Shown: positions 1 to 12,046, counted from the stretch's first letter. The stretch is DNA of 42,774 bases from Nitrospirota bacterium (GCA_013388605.1 JACAEY010000091.1:1-42774), one strand, 5' to 3'. Program-made: numbers and translations. The notes: generated by a model from the letters alone, not told the origin.

Positions 1-13
1 AATGTGAAGTTTG

Positions 14-33
14 GGGTCTGACTTGATTATTGA
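14..33. repeat. REP-like motif GGGTCTGACTTGATTATTGA (second copy at 42543-42562)
   Basis: 17/20 identity to the motif next to the RAYT-like fragment at the other end of the window. Confidence 0.5.
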
Positions 34-583
34 TTTTACAGGGGGATGAGGTATCCATGCTTGTTATTTATTTATCGAGACAATGAGGACAGTGACAGGG
101 CCAGCGACTATTTATTTCATAGGTTTTGTCAGTGTAAACACTAGAATTTCACTAGAATTTTGCTTAACAGGCGGAATTTCTGATACTGTTAGCTGTTTCT
201 GAATCAAGCCAGTCCCTGAAATAAAATCAGGTCGAGCACTATCGTCAGGCCAGGGTTCAGGACAATTTTGAAACTAATTTTGAGCTTATACAGGGTTTGA
301 CGAAAAGACCGCTGTTTCAAAAGCTATGGATTTTGCACCGTATTTCTGGAATGGCCGTAATGGTAAGCAAATTTCCACACAGGTTAAGCCCATATATCTG
401 CAAACAAAGTCCGATGCTATTGTTGTAACGGTTATATTCATTAGTTCTCTTTTTTACCGCTGTATTTTGAAGGTTTGACACTTATTCTTATTCTACAGGT
501 TCTAAAAGTAAACGATTTATTGCTGATAGTGTCTTGGTGGCTTCATACAACTCGCTTATAAGGGTGATATGTCTGTTGTATGG

Positions 584-623
584 TTGACATATCACATTAA
601 TATGTGATACACATAATTATGTG
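584..623 (+). promoter_or_regulatory. TA-operon promoter/operator: TTGACA followed by two palindromes
   Basis: TTGACA 584-589; TATCACAT-N4-ATGTGATA 590-609; perfect palindrome CACATAATTATGTG 610-623, just upstream of the antitoxin. Confidence 0.65.
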
Positions 624-643
624 ATATGTGAAAGGGGGTTTGT

Positions 644-889
644 ATGGAACGGCAGAATGTAACATTGTCCCTTCCCAAGGCAATGCTGAAAAAAGCTAAG
701 ATGCTCGCGATGAAGAAAGAGAAATCTTTAAGCGCCTTGATACGGGAATCCCTTGAGGAGAAGATCAGAAAGGATACAGGGTATAAGAAAGCTATGGAGC
801 GAGAAATAAGCCTTATGGAAAAAGGCTTCAGTCTGGGTACAGGTGGCCGTATGCCCTGCTCGCGAGAGGAATTGCATGAAAGGCGATAA
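644..889 (+). CDS. Ribbon-helix-helix (CopG-like) antitoxin, VapB-type
   Basis: N-terminal NVTLSLP beta-strand plus helices (SLSALIRESL), C-terminal SREELHER; overlaps PIN gene. Confidence 0.85.
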   Translation: MERQNVTLSLPKAMLKKAKMLAMKKEKSLSALIRESLEEKIRKDTGYKKAMEREISLMEKGFSLGTGGRMPCSREELHERR

Positions 890-1298
890 GGTGTTTGTGG
901 ACACAAATGTGATTGTATATGCATATGATAAAGATGCAGGTGAAAAACACAAGTCTGCCTTGAATATTATGAAAGACCTTTGGCACTCAGGGCTTGGGAT
1001 TATAAGCACTCAGGTTCTACAGGAGTTTTTCATTACATTGACTAAGAAAATCTCAGTGCCTCTGAAAATACCGGTTGTACGGGGAACGATCAGAAGACTT
1101 TCCAGTTGGGATGTAGTGCTGATTGATGTAGACATAATAATAAGCGCGACTGAAATACAAGAGAGATACAAATATTCATTCTGGGACTCTCTTATCATTG
1201 CTTCTGCAATCGGAGGTGGAGCAAAAATTATTTTTTCGGAAGATTTTGCCGATGGTCAGACAATACAGGGCGTTACAATAAAGAACCCCTTTAAATAA
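876..1298 (+). CDS. vapC: PIN-domain toxin (VapC family)
   Basis: VFVDTNVIVYA, STQVLQEF, SFWDSLIIASA, FSEDF motifs; ATG at 876 preferred over 843. Confidence 0.9.
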   Translation: MKGDKVFVDTNVIVYAYDKDAGEKHKSALNIMKDLWHSGLGIISTQVLQEFFITLTKKISVPLKIPVVRGTIRRLSSWDVVLIDVDIIISATEIQERYKYSFWDSLIIASAIGGGAKIIFSEDFADGQTIQGVTIKNPFK

Positions 1299-1315
1299 AC
1301 ATTTTCAACTTAAGA

Positions 1316-1663
1316 GATGAAAGCCATAACTTCAGAAATCCCTTCTCAAATCGGTGGGAAAACTTCTTTACACTTATAATGGATTACATAACTAAAGGGA
1401 GGGAAAGACCCTATATACTATTTCTTACTGCAACGCCAATTAACAATACCATCTGGGACCTCTACTGGCAGGTAATGCTCTTTACTCTCATAGACCAGAG
1501 GGTTTTTCTTAAAGAAGGAATTTCCGATATATTAAGATTTTTCAAGGATATAGATAAAGTAGGAGACCCTGCACTCTTAAATGATCTCATGAATGAGATA
1601 TCCATAAACTATCTCTTGATGGGGCATATCAGAGGCTTTATCTTCTTTTATACAAACCTATAA
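1316..1663 (+). pseudogene. Internal fragment of a SNF2/SF2 helicase
   Basis: In frame from 1316: DESHNFRN (Walker B) ... LFLTATPINN (motif III); no Walker A or C-terminal helicase domain; runs into the convergent gene. Confidence 0.75.
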
Positions 1664-2171
1664 TTTGAGTCTGTTCAATGATGTGTCCTTTCATTGCCTT
1701 TTCCAGATCAGCCTTTTTTGCGTTGGAACTCAAATTGAGAGTAGTATCCAGGGCATAAAGCTTGAAGAAGTATCTATGTGTTCCAGAAGGAGGACAGGGA
1801 CCACCATAATCATGTTTTCTAAAATCATTCAGACCCTGGCTTGCACCTTTAGGAACAGAGTCTTCTTTTATATCTTTTGTTTTTGGATCAATATTCCATA
1901 AGACCCAATGAACCCATATACCCACCGGGGCGTCAGGATCATCAATTATTAATGCAAGAGATTTTGCCTTTTCTGAAACATTCTCAATCAAAAGAGGTGG
2001 GTTGATATCCATCCCATCACATGTATATTTTTGAGGTATGTAGCCATTATTTTCAAAAACAGGGCTTGATATTTTTAAACCAGTCATTTTAGTCACCTCC
2101 TTGCCCATGACATTTGAAATCAAAAGTAATAAAGATAACATTAAAGAAAAATAAATAAATCTTTTTTTCAT
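1638..2171 (-). CDS. YbhB/YbcL family (PEBP/Raf kinase inhibitor-like) protein
   Basis: DDPDAP, WVHWVLWNI, YGGPCPPSGTHRYFFKLYALD; signal-peptide-like N-terminus from ATG 2171. Confidence 0.93.
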   Translation of the reverse strand: MKKRFIYFSLMLSLLLLISNVMGKEVTKMTGLKISSPVFENNGYIPQKYTCDGMDINPPLLIENVSEKAKSLALIIDDPDAPVGIWVHWVLWNIDPKTKDIKEDSVPKGASQGLNDFRKHDYGGPCPPSGTHRYFFKLYALDTTLNLSSNAKKADLEKAMKGHIIEQTQIIGLYKRR

Positions 2172-2327
2172 CTTTCCTCCTCTCAAATTCTTATTTTAGA
2201 GTACAAGGATAAAAATCAGCGTTACAGCAATTATCCCTCTAAATTGATGACATTTAGACATTAAAAGCTCTTATGCTGTGGTAGCATCTTCCTTGGCATT
2301 CGAATTGAGTGAAAGCAGAGGCTTTTG

Positions 2328-2606
2328 CTAACCAACCAATTTGTCAAATTCCTCAACAGTTACCGCTGGGAAAGTTGTAAAGGAAATCCCTGTCAATTTC
2401 GTAAGGGCAACCGATGCCTTCATTACTTCAGAAATCCCTGGGAAATCAACTATAAAAGCTAAGTCATAAATTCCTAATAGCGAATACATTGAGTTTACCT
2501 TCCCTCCATTTTTCTCAATAAGACTGACTACCTCTTTTGTGCGTTTTGCGGTAATTCCTTTTATCCCTTCCAATGAATATTTCCCAAGCATCAAGAATCT
2601 TGACAT
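2328..2606 (-). CDS. GYD domain protein
   Basis: GGKVNSMYSLLGIYDLAFIVDFP pattern, 92 aa, SD upstream. Confidence 0.8.
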   Translation of the reverse strand: MSRFLMLGKYSLEGIKGITAKRTKEVVSLIEKNGGKVNSMYSLLGIYDLAFIVDFPGISEVMKASVALTKLTGISFTTFPAVTVEEFDKLVG

Positions 2607-2668
2607 CTTAGCTCACCCCCTTTCGTTTAAATTTTTAATATATTTTACATCTTACCCATTTTGAATTA

Positions 2669-2962
2669 CTATCTCTTTTCAGGTGCAGGAGGGACAGGCT
2701 CTTTTGGTTCTTTTATTACATTCAGGGCCTTCCTGTACGCCTCAAGCAGGTCTTCATAGTATTTAATCCTGAATGTCATACTTGGGATGTTCTTTACAGA
2801 ATACATGACTATATCCCAGGCAATCTCCTCTTCTGTTTTATATACAAAAAAGCATTGCGGTTCAGCAGGATATCTTCTAAATTCAAAACCCTTATCCTGA
2901 GCCTCTGTTATATCAACGATGAAAAGAATAGTTATCGTCAAAGCTATTAACCATCTACCCAT
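2669..2962 (-). CDS. Hypothetical exported protein
   Basis: Strong SD (AAGGAGGT), signal-peptide-like N-terminus. Confidence 0.6.
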   Translation of the reverse strand: MGRWLIALTITILFIVDITEAQDKGFEFRRYPAEPQCFFVYKTEEEIAWDIVMYSVKNIPSMTFRIKYYEDLLEAYRKALNVIKEPKEPVPPAPEKR

Positions 2963-3118
2963 AACAGACCTCCTTTAAAATCTTATTATCTCAACTTCTA
3001 TCTCTTTACCGTTTTCCAGATTGATAATGAGCATGGATTCGGGAAAAGTAACTCTGTCGAAAGCATGATCTCTGTATTCTATTTATCAACATAATTCGCT
3101 AAAAAAGTTGAGCTTTTT

Positions 3119-3631
3119 TTAAACCACTTTTAAAATAGCCTCTTTTGAACTTTTTACCTTTTTTGGTAATGGTTTTTCATCGGGATAGCCTATGCCTATA
3201 TTGGCAATTACTCGATACCTCTTATCTATATTAAGAATTTTTCTGACATATTCTTCCCTTTCTTGTGTCTCTGGATGATAAACTGCATTCCAGCAGGCAC
3301 CTAATCCCAGAGAATGGGTCTCAAGTAGAAGTAACATTATGGCACAGGAGCAGTCCTCTAACCAGTGATTACTTTTGCATTCATCTGCAAGGGCGACTAT
3401 GACAATAGGGGAGTTTTCTAAGAATTTAGAATAGGGCTGGGTCTTACTGAGATATTTTATCTTCTCTTTATCTTTCACTAAGATAAATGACCACGGCTGA
3501 GAATCTTTCGCAGAGGGTGCATAGCAGGCAGCCTCTATACATCTTCTGATCAGCACTTCATCGGGTATCCCCTTCTTGTACTTCCTTATACTTCTTCTGG
3601 TCTTTATTATTTCAAAAATATCTCTTTGCAC
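3119..3631 (-). CDS. Nitroreductase family protein
   Basis: IKTRRSIRKY, APSAKDSQPWSF, LGLGACW, IGIGYPDE. Confidence 0.93.
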   Translation of the reverse strand: MQRDIFEIIKTRRSIRKYKKGIPDEVLIRRCIEAACYAPSAKDSQPWSFILVKDKEKIKYLSKTQPYSKFLENSPIVIVALADECKSNHWLEDCSCAIMLLLLETHSLGLGACWNAVYHPETQEREEYVRKILNIDKRYRVIANIGIGYPDEKPLPKKVKSSKEAILKVV

Positions 3632-3881
3632 GATCCTATCTACATCCCCCTTTTACCAATTTTTTTAATGAAATTGCCAATTCCAGATAGAGATCACATG
3701 AGCTCCTAAATGTCTTCCATTACCTCCTGGCCTTTCAATCTCCATAAAACCTTGAAGGACTGAAGCGATAATATTTCCTGAGGTCATTTTTGCATAAAAA
3801 CATAAATATTTCTTGCAACTACTGACATCTCAATGAGGTTAAAAATGAGAAATTATATCATGCAGAAAAGTAACAAAAAGG

Positions 3882-4262
3882 TTATTGAACTTTCTTGTTT
3901 CGCCTGGTAATTCCCTTTTTTTCTTTGTATTTTTCCACTGCATATATCACTCTGTGTGCGCGTCGTATTTCTTCTGTATTGTTGAACATCAGAAGAATTA
4001 CCCTATTGAAAATCTCAATTATTTTAGTTCCCTCTTCATCTTCAATTGTCATCAAGTCATATTGAATTGGGTCTCCCCATGATGGATCGCCATATCTTAA
4101 CTTTAATGATTTATAATTATCTTTTGCCAGTGTTTCAAGTACATCCTTAGGAATAGCTTCCCCCTCAAAACAAATAGTAGTGCATTTGGATTTATCATCC
4201 AGTGTTTTAAGCATTCCACTTTGAAGAGTAATCTTTTTAATACTATGTGTAGAGTCAGCCAT
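3882..4262 (-). CDS. Hypothetical protein
   Basis: 126-aa ORF with protein-like composition; no motif recognised. Confidence 0.5.
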   Translation of the reverse strand: MADSTHSIKKITLQSGMLKTLDDKSKCTTICFEGEAIPKDVLETLAKDNYKSLKLRYGDPSWGDPIQYDLMTIEDEEGTKIIEIFNRVILLMFNNTEEIRRAHRVIYAVEKYKEKKGITRRNKKVQ

Positions 4263-4760
4263 TTTTAATTTTATGCTTAGCGTTTACTTTTGAATCATAA
4301 TCCGCCGATTCAGGTAATGTCAAGGCTGTTTCTGTCTGATACGCCATGACCTTCTTGCAGCCTGCCTGAGGCTAAATATGTTATTACCAACTTGATAGAA
4401 ACTACATTTGGAAAATTTAATAATTCAACCCTGTCTTTACCATCTTTGCATTTACTACAAGCGCATCCATATCTTTTGTAGTTTGTTGATCCATGTCTCT
4501 CTTTTTAAACTCAACTGATGCATCAAGAATCACAACTCTGAATCCTCTCTTCTTGAGCACATTTTTATGTCAGAGAAAAAACATCAGAAATCTCTCAAAC
4601 CATTTGCTTCACGTGCATATGATTCTGTTGATAAGATAATAAAAAATGCAAAAGAAATTGTTTTTGGATAACAGGTTCTAATTTTCAAAAGTGTTTGATA
4701 GAATATGTCTGGTATTTTCAAGCCTTTTAGTCCCTTATCTAAAACAGAACCAGGGTAAGA

Positions 4761-4875
4761 AAGGAGGATAGTATTTTATGGGACTATACAGGCGACCGGA
4801 TTCAAAGGACTGGTCTAAACCATGACAAAGCTCAAAGAACATCATGTGGATTTTCACATTTTTTTCACGTTCAGG
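4761..4875 (+). pseudogene. Probable tyrosine integrase scar
   Basis: AAGGAGG SD then ATG 4778 encoding MGLYRRPDSKDW (resembles integrase arm-binding N-termini), stop at 4823-4825; adjacent to tRNA. Confidence 0.45.
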
Positions 4876-4917
4876 AAACTATTCCCACAAAACCGTTATT
4901 CTATTGAAATAAAAATC

Positions 4918-5006
4918 GGAGGGGTGCCAGAGTGGTTGAATGGGGCGGTCTCGAAAACCGTTGTGGAGTCACTCCACCCAGGGTTCGAATCCCTGCCCCT
5001 CCGCCA
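4918..5006 (+). tRNA. tRNA-Ser (anticodon CGA)
   Basis: Acceptor stem GGAGGGG/CCCCTCC, anticodon arm GCGGT-CTCGAAA-ACCGT, long variable arm GTGGAG/CTCCAC, GGTTCGAATCC T-arm, encoded CCA. Confidence 0.97.
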
Positions 5007-5007
5007 A

Positions 5008-5907
5008 CTAAGAAAATATCTCTTTCAATGCATCTCTCAAATGTGGATAATAAAATTGAAATCCTTTCCTTAGTAATCTCTCAGGAATTACCTTCTGGCT
5101 CATAAGAATAACATCTGCTGTTTCTTTAAATAAAAATCTAAGAATAAAAGCAGGAAAAGGAATAACAATAGCTCTTTTGAACTTTCTTATAGAATTTATG
5201 AAATCCTTAAATTGTACCGGAAAAGGCGAACTTGCATTTACCGGTCCTGACAATGTTTCATCTTCAATAGTTAAATGATATATATGTATGAGATCATCCA
5301 TATGAATCCATGGAAACCACTGATTGCCTGAACCAAAGATAACAGCGAAACCGAACCGAAAAGATTTCAATACTTGCTGGATAAAGCCTCCGCCCTTACC
5401 AATTACAGGAGCTGTCCTCACCTGAACTGAACGAATACCAAATTCCTCTGCTCTCCTTGCTTCTTTTTCCCACTGTATACAAAGCTCGGCTAAGAACCCT
5501 TGTCCATTTCTTGACTCTTCATTTATTTCTTCTCCTTTTCTATTACCATAATAACCCACAGCAGAGGCAGAAACAAATACTTTCGGTTTCTGAGGTAATT
5601 TTGAAATAAAATTTATGAGATTTTTATTGGCGGACACCCTGCTGTTCCATATATCCCTTTTATTCTTTTCATTCCAGAATGTAAAAATACTTTTACCGCT
5701 AAGATTTATGAGAGCATCTACACCTTCGAACCATTCCTGCTTAAACAATTCCGGTTTTAACAAGTCAGCCACGATAAACTCCATACCATGGAGAATCTTT
5801 TTTGGTTTGTGTCCTGCAAGAACGACTACCTGTAAACCCTGATTCAATAGATAGCCAGAAAGGTATGAGCCTATAAACCCAGTTCCCCCACAAATAAGAA
5901 CTTTCAT
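5008..5907 (-). CDS. TIGR01777/YfcH-like NAD-dependent epimerase family protein
   Basis: GGTGFIG Rossmann motif, SASAVGYYG, GSGNQWFPWIH, SQKVIP. Confidence 0.92.
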   Translation of the reverse strand: MKVLICGGTGFIGSYLSGYLLNQGLQVVVLAGHKPKKILHGMEFIVADLLKPELFKQEWFEGVDALINLSGKSIFTFWNEKNKRDIWNSRVSANKNLINFISKLPQKPKVFVSASAVGYYGNRKGEEINEESRNGQGFLAELCIQWEKEARRAEEFGIRSVQVRTAPVIGKGGGFIQQVLKSFRFGFAVIFGSGNQWFPWIHMDDLIHIYHLTIEDETLSGPVNASSPFPVQFKDFINSIRKFKRAIVIPFPAFILRFLFKETADVILMSQKVIPERLLRKGFQFYYPHLRDALKEIFS

Positions 5908-5936
5908 ATTTAAATTATACCCTTAACCATCCTTTA

Positions 5937-6124
5937 TCAAAATGATAAGGTAATAAGTCTGTATACCTCATAAACTCAATGAATCGACAGGATAATTGTA
6001 TCGCAGACCCTTTCTGTTAAAGATGATATCTGGTTAACGTTCATATATCCTTCTTTGGAATCAGGATGTGGATGAATTTTCTAAGATGCCGTCATTGTAT
6101 TTCTCATATTTTAGTGTATATGGA
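5937..6124 (+). mobile_element. MITE-like dispersed element, copy A (diverged)
   Basis: 5963-6104 aligns by eye at roughly 80% with 31661-31801; degenerate ends. Confidence 0.7.
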
Positions 6125-6409
6125 TAATAATGATCATAAAACATGTATGAAAACCTAAATATCAGGCTTACTCCAATTTACTTAGTAAAATTGATCCAAA
6201 ATTAAATTGCATAATCTTACCAAATTTTTTTTAAAAGTAACAGATAAAATATTCTAAAATAGCAAGTAAAAAGTCTTTAAATTTTGGTATAAGATTTGAT
6301 CTTTAAATAGAAATTTATAATCGTAAATTTTAAAAATTTAATAACTAAAAATTTCTCAGTTCATTATAATACCATTATTCATTCGCGGGTTCTCCTTTAT
6401 AAGGTTATT

Positions 6410-6676
6410 ATGGAAAAAAAAGAATTGCTTTCAGAAGCAATAAATTCTTGTTCAATATATGAATTCCTTGAAGAAAAGCTCAAGCGGTATCTAAAAAAAC
6501 TCACAAAGCTTGAACACTCAAACCTCTATGAGTCAGTCATATCCGAGGTTGAAAAATCATTGATCTCAATAGTTCTTAAAGAAACTGAAGGGAACCAGCT
6601 CAAGGCAGCAAAAACACTTGGAATAAATCGTAATACATTAAGATCAAAGATTAAAGCATATAAAATTAAAATATAA
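6410..6676 (+). CDS. Fis-like HTH DNA-binding protein
   Basis: NLYESVISEVEKSLI...GNQLKAAKTLGINRNTLRSKI. Confidence 0.88.
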   Translation: MEKKELLSEAINSCSIYEFLEEKLKRYLKKLTKLEHSNLYESVISEVEKSLISIVLKETEGNQLKAAKTLGINRNTLRSKIKAYKIKI

Positions 6677-8762
<2,086 letters not shown>

Positions 8763-8766
<4 letters not shown>

Positions 8767-10091
8767 AGAATCGGCAGATACCTCTCAATCTCATAAGGGA
8801 ATACCTTTATACGGTATTCATCCCACTCCACCTTCTTACTTATTATAAGTTGTTCAAAGATGTGTTCTCCAAGTGTATCTCTTAGAAGCTCACTTTCTTC
8901 TGCATGCTCTATTGCCTCAATAAGGCTCCCAGGTAACTGCTCTATCCCCATCTCCTCCTTCTCCCCCTCGGTTAAATGGTAAACATCCATCTCTACAGGC
9001 TCTGAAAGTTTGTAACCCTTATCTATTCCCCTCAAACCTGCATTCAACATACATGCAAAGGCAAGATATGGGTTACACGCTGGATCAGGTGAACGGAGCT
9101 CTACCCTCGTCGCCTTCTCCTTGCCCGGTTTATAAAGTGGTACCCTCACAAGGGTCGACCTGTTCCTCCTCGCCCAGCAGATATACACTGGTGCCTCATA
9201 TCCAGGCACAAGCCTCTTGTATGAGTTTACCCATTGGTTAAGTACAAGGGTTATCTCCTTGATATGGGTTAGTATCCCAGCTATATACTTCTTCGCTATA
9301 TCCGATAGATAATACTCATCCTTGGGATCAAAAAAGGCATTCCTATCCCCCTTAAATAGAGATTGGTGTGTGTGCATCCCGCTTCCATTCTGTCCAAATA
9401 TCGGCTTCGGCATAAATGTGGCATACACATTGTATTGCTTTGCCACTTCCTTCACTATTACCCTGTGTGTCATAACTATGTCAGCCATCGTTAGAGCATC
9501 CTCATACCTTAGGTCTATCTCATGCTGTGAATGCGCTACCTCATGATGGGAATACTCTACCTTTATCCCCATTGATTCAAGGGCAAGGATGGTGTCCCTC
9601 CTTAAATCCTCTGCAGCATCAAGTGGATAATCAAAATAACCACCCTCATCAAGGATATCTGTGTTTCTGTCTGTCTTGAAATAAAAATATTCAAGCTCTG
9701 GACCAAGATAAAATGTGAACCCCCTCTCCCTTGCCTTCTCAAGATTTAACTTCAGAATATACCTCGGATCCCCTTTGTAGGGTGAACCATCAGGTTCATA
9801 TATGTCACAGAACATCCTCGCTACCGCCCTCTCCTTTGGCCTCCATGGAAGTATCGCAAAGGTCGCAGGATCAGGCCTCGCTATCATGTCAGATTCATCT
9901 ATCCTCGCAAATCCTTTGATGGATGAACCATCAAATCCAATCCCTTCATCAAAAGCATAGTTGAGTTCCTCTACAGGTATCGCAAAACTCTTCAGTTGCC
10001 CATGTATGTCACTGAACCATAGCCGAACAAACTTTACTCCATGCTCCTTTACCAGCTCCATTACTTCTTTCTTGTCTTTCGGTTTCTCCAT
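8763..10091 (-). CDS. glnA: Glutamine synthetase type I
   Basis: FDGSSIKGF, GPELEY, HHEVA, ATFMPKPIFGQNGSGMHTHQS, NSYKRLVPGYEAP, ELRSPDPACNPYL. Confidence 0.97.
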
Positions 10092-10219
10092 ATATCCTCC
10101 TTGAACTACTTCAATCTATTTTTATTATTGATCTAATAAAAATAATAATATCATTCTTATTAAAAAAATTCCTTATGAATATTCTTTTCTGGCCACAGTT
10201 TAAAAATTAATATTTTCTA

Positions 10220-10247
10220 TTGACATATTAACCCTTTTATCTATAAA
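10220..10247 (+). promoter_or_regulatory. Putative sigma70 promoter of sixA
   Basis: TTGACA 10220-10225, 16-bp spacer, TATAAA 10242-10247. Confidence 0.5.
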
Positions 10248-10276
10248 TTTTTATAATTCTTTCAGTTGGGGTATCT

Positions 10277-10741
10277 ATGATACTTTATCTTGTTCAACAT
10301 GGGGATGCAAAAAAAGAAGAGGAAGATCCTTCAAGACCTCTTTCTGAGAAGGGTCTTAAAGATGTTAAAGCTGTTGCATCCTATATATCAAGACTAAATA
10401 TTGAACTTGAAGAAATCCTTCATAGTGGAAAATTGAGAGCAAAGCAGACCGCAGAAATATTCGCCGAGAAAATGAAGATTTCTAAGGGTATTTCAGAAAC
10501 AGACGGACTTGCCCCTCTTGATGATCCTGTTATATGGGCAGAAAGACTAATTAATAAAACAGACTCCACTATGCTTGTTGGACATCTTCCTCATCTCGGA
10601 AAGCTCACATCTTTACTCCTCTGTAATGATAAAGAAAAAAATCCTGTAGCCTTTAAAATGGGAGGCATTGTTTGTTTGAAAAGGTATGATAAAGGGTGGT
10701 CATTGCAATGGATGATAACACCCGAAATTTTAATTCCGTAA
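10277..10741 (+). CDS. sixA: Phosphohistidine phosphatase SixA
   Basis: LYLVQHGDA, RPLSEKG, HSGKLRAKQTA, MLVGHLPHL. Confidence 0.92.
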   Translation: MILYLVQHGDAKKEEEDPSRPLSEKGLKDVKAVASYISRLNIELEEILHSGKLRAKQTAEIFAEKMKISKGISETDGLAPLDDPVIWAERLINKTDSTMLVGHLPHLGKLTSLLLCNDKEKNPVAFKMGGIVCLKRYDKGWSLQWMITPEILIP

Positions 10742-10742
10742 C

Positions 10743-11741
10743 TTATTTCTTAGCCATCACTTTCTCTTCAAGTACCTTTAACTTTGATACCTCTCCGAGT
10801 ACTATCAGTGTGTCCCCAGATTTAATAGTAGTTCGAAAAGTAGGATTGAATTTCATTTCACCGGTAGCTCTCTTTATGGCAACTATTATAATACCTAACT
10901 CTCTTCCTATACCACATTGATCCAGTGTAAGTCCTATAAGCCCGGAACCTTCTAAAATAGGTATCTCTTCTATCTGGAGATCTATATTGCCTGTTTTTGT
11001 AGCAAACTCTATAAAATCTACTACAGCGGGCTTGAGAACTGTATGGGCAATCCTTAATCCACCAATATGATATGGTGAAACAACCCTATCAGCACCAGCT
11101 CTTAGTAATTTTTGTTCTGAGCCTTCTTCCCCTGCTCTTGCAACTATGAATAGATTCGGGTTTAATTCTCTTGAACTTAAGACCACATAAAGGTTTTCTG
11201 CATCAGTAGGTAGAACCGTTATTAAACCTTTTGCCCTTTCTATTCCACACTCTTTCAGAGTTTCATCCTGAGTTGCATCACCTTCAAGGATTAGTAAATC
11301 TTCCTTTTCGCGCATAATAGGATTTTTCTCAATAGCAATAAAATTAATACCCTTGTTTTTCAATTCTTTTGCTATTATCTTTCCCATCCTACCAAAACCA
11401 CAGATTATGTAGTGCTCTTTCAATTCTTTAATTCTCTTTTCCAATCTACTCCTCCCAAATAATTCTTGAAGTTCACCTTCTAAGATAAAACGAGCACCTG
11501 CACTGAGCGAATAAAGAACAGTGCCAACACCGCCTATTATAAGGAAAATAGTAAATATCCTTCCAGAAGAAGATAATCCGCTCAACTCACTATAACCAAC
11601 TGTGCTGAGGGTTATTATAGTCATATATAAAGAGTCAAAAAAACTCCATCCCTCAATTAACATGTAACCTGATGTGCCTGCTAAAACAATAATAGTTACA
11701 AGTAATATAACAGGTAAAAATCTTTTCCAGAGTTTTCCCAG
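10743..11741 (-). CDS. Potassium channel with RCK (TrkA-N/TrkA-C) domains
   Basis: TLSTVGY selectivity filter, ICGFGRMG; frame extends upstream of ATG 11663 through the first TM helix to CTG 11741 with an SD. Confidence 0.9.
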   Translation of the reverse strand: MGKLWKRFLPVILLVTIIVLAGTSGYMLIEGWSFFDSLYMTIITLSTVGYSELSGLSSSGRIFTIFLIIGGVGTVLYSLSAGARFILEGELQELFGRSRLEKRIKELKEHYIICGFGRMGKIIAKELKNKGINFIAIEKNPIMREKEDLLILEGDATQDETLKECGIERAKGLITVLPTDAENLYVVLSSRELNPNLFIVARAGEEGSEQKLLRAGADRVVSPYHIGGLRIAHTVLKPAVVDFIEFATKTGNIDLQIEEIPILEGSGLIGLTLDQCGIGRELGIIIVAIKRATGEMKFNPTFRTTIKSGDTLIVLGEVSKLKVLEEKVMAKK

Positions 11742-12046
11742 ATATCCCTCACCTTCTTTTTATTCAAATGAATTTTATATACATTTTATCACCAGATACA
11801 TTTTCCTATCCATTTTTTAACCCTTACAAAGCATTTAAGATCTAAAATAAATATGGACTTAATATTACAAAAAATTAAAGATTATATCCAAAAGGTTAAA
11901 AAAAGTAATAAAGTCCTCACGATGGGATGTTTTTATGTATATGATAGTTTTATATTATTATATTTAAGATTATGTAATCCTTGATTCCTTTTTACAAACT
12001 AAATTGGAGGAGAGCCTTTCATTACTAACACAAAAAAGGAGGCGTT

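Noticed and set aside
139-160. Tandem CACTAGAATTT x2
   Set aside because: Only two units and no context to assign a function
300-445. Possible degraded DUF4258-like toxin gene (FWNGRNGKQISTQVKPIY...IVVTV)
   Set aside because: Resemblance too weak without a search; no clear start
2975-3075. Possible 3' remnant of a minus-strand gene (...RVTFPESMLIINLENGKEIEVEIIRF*)
   Set aside because: Short and no family recognised
4822-5073. 83-aa ORF
   Set aside because: Spans the tRNA-Ser gene; spurious
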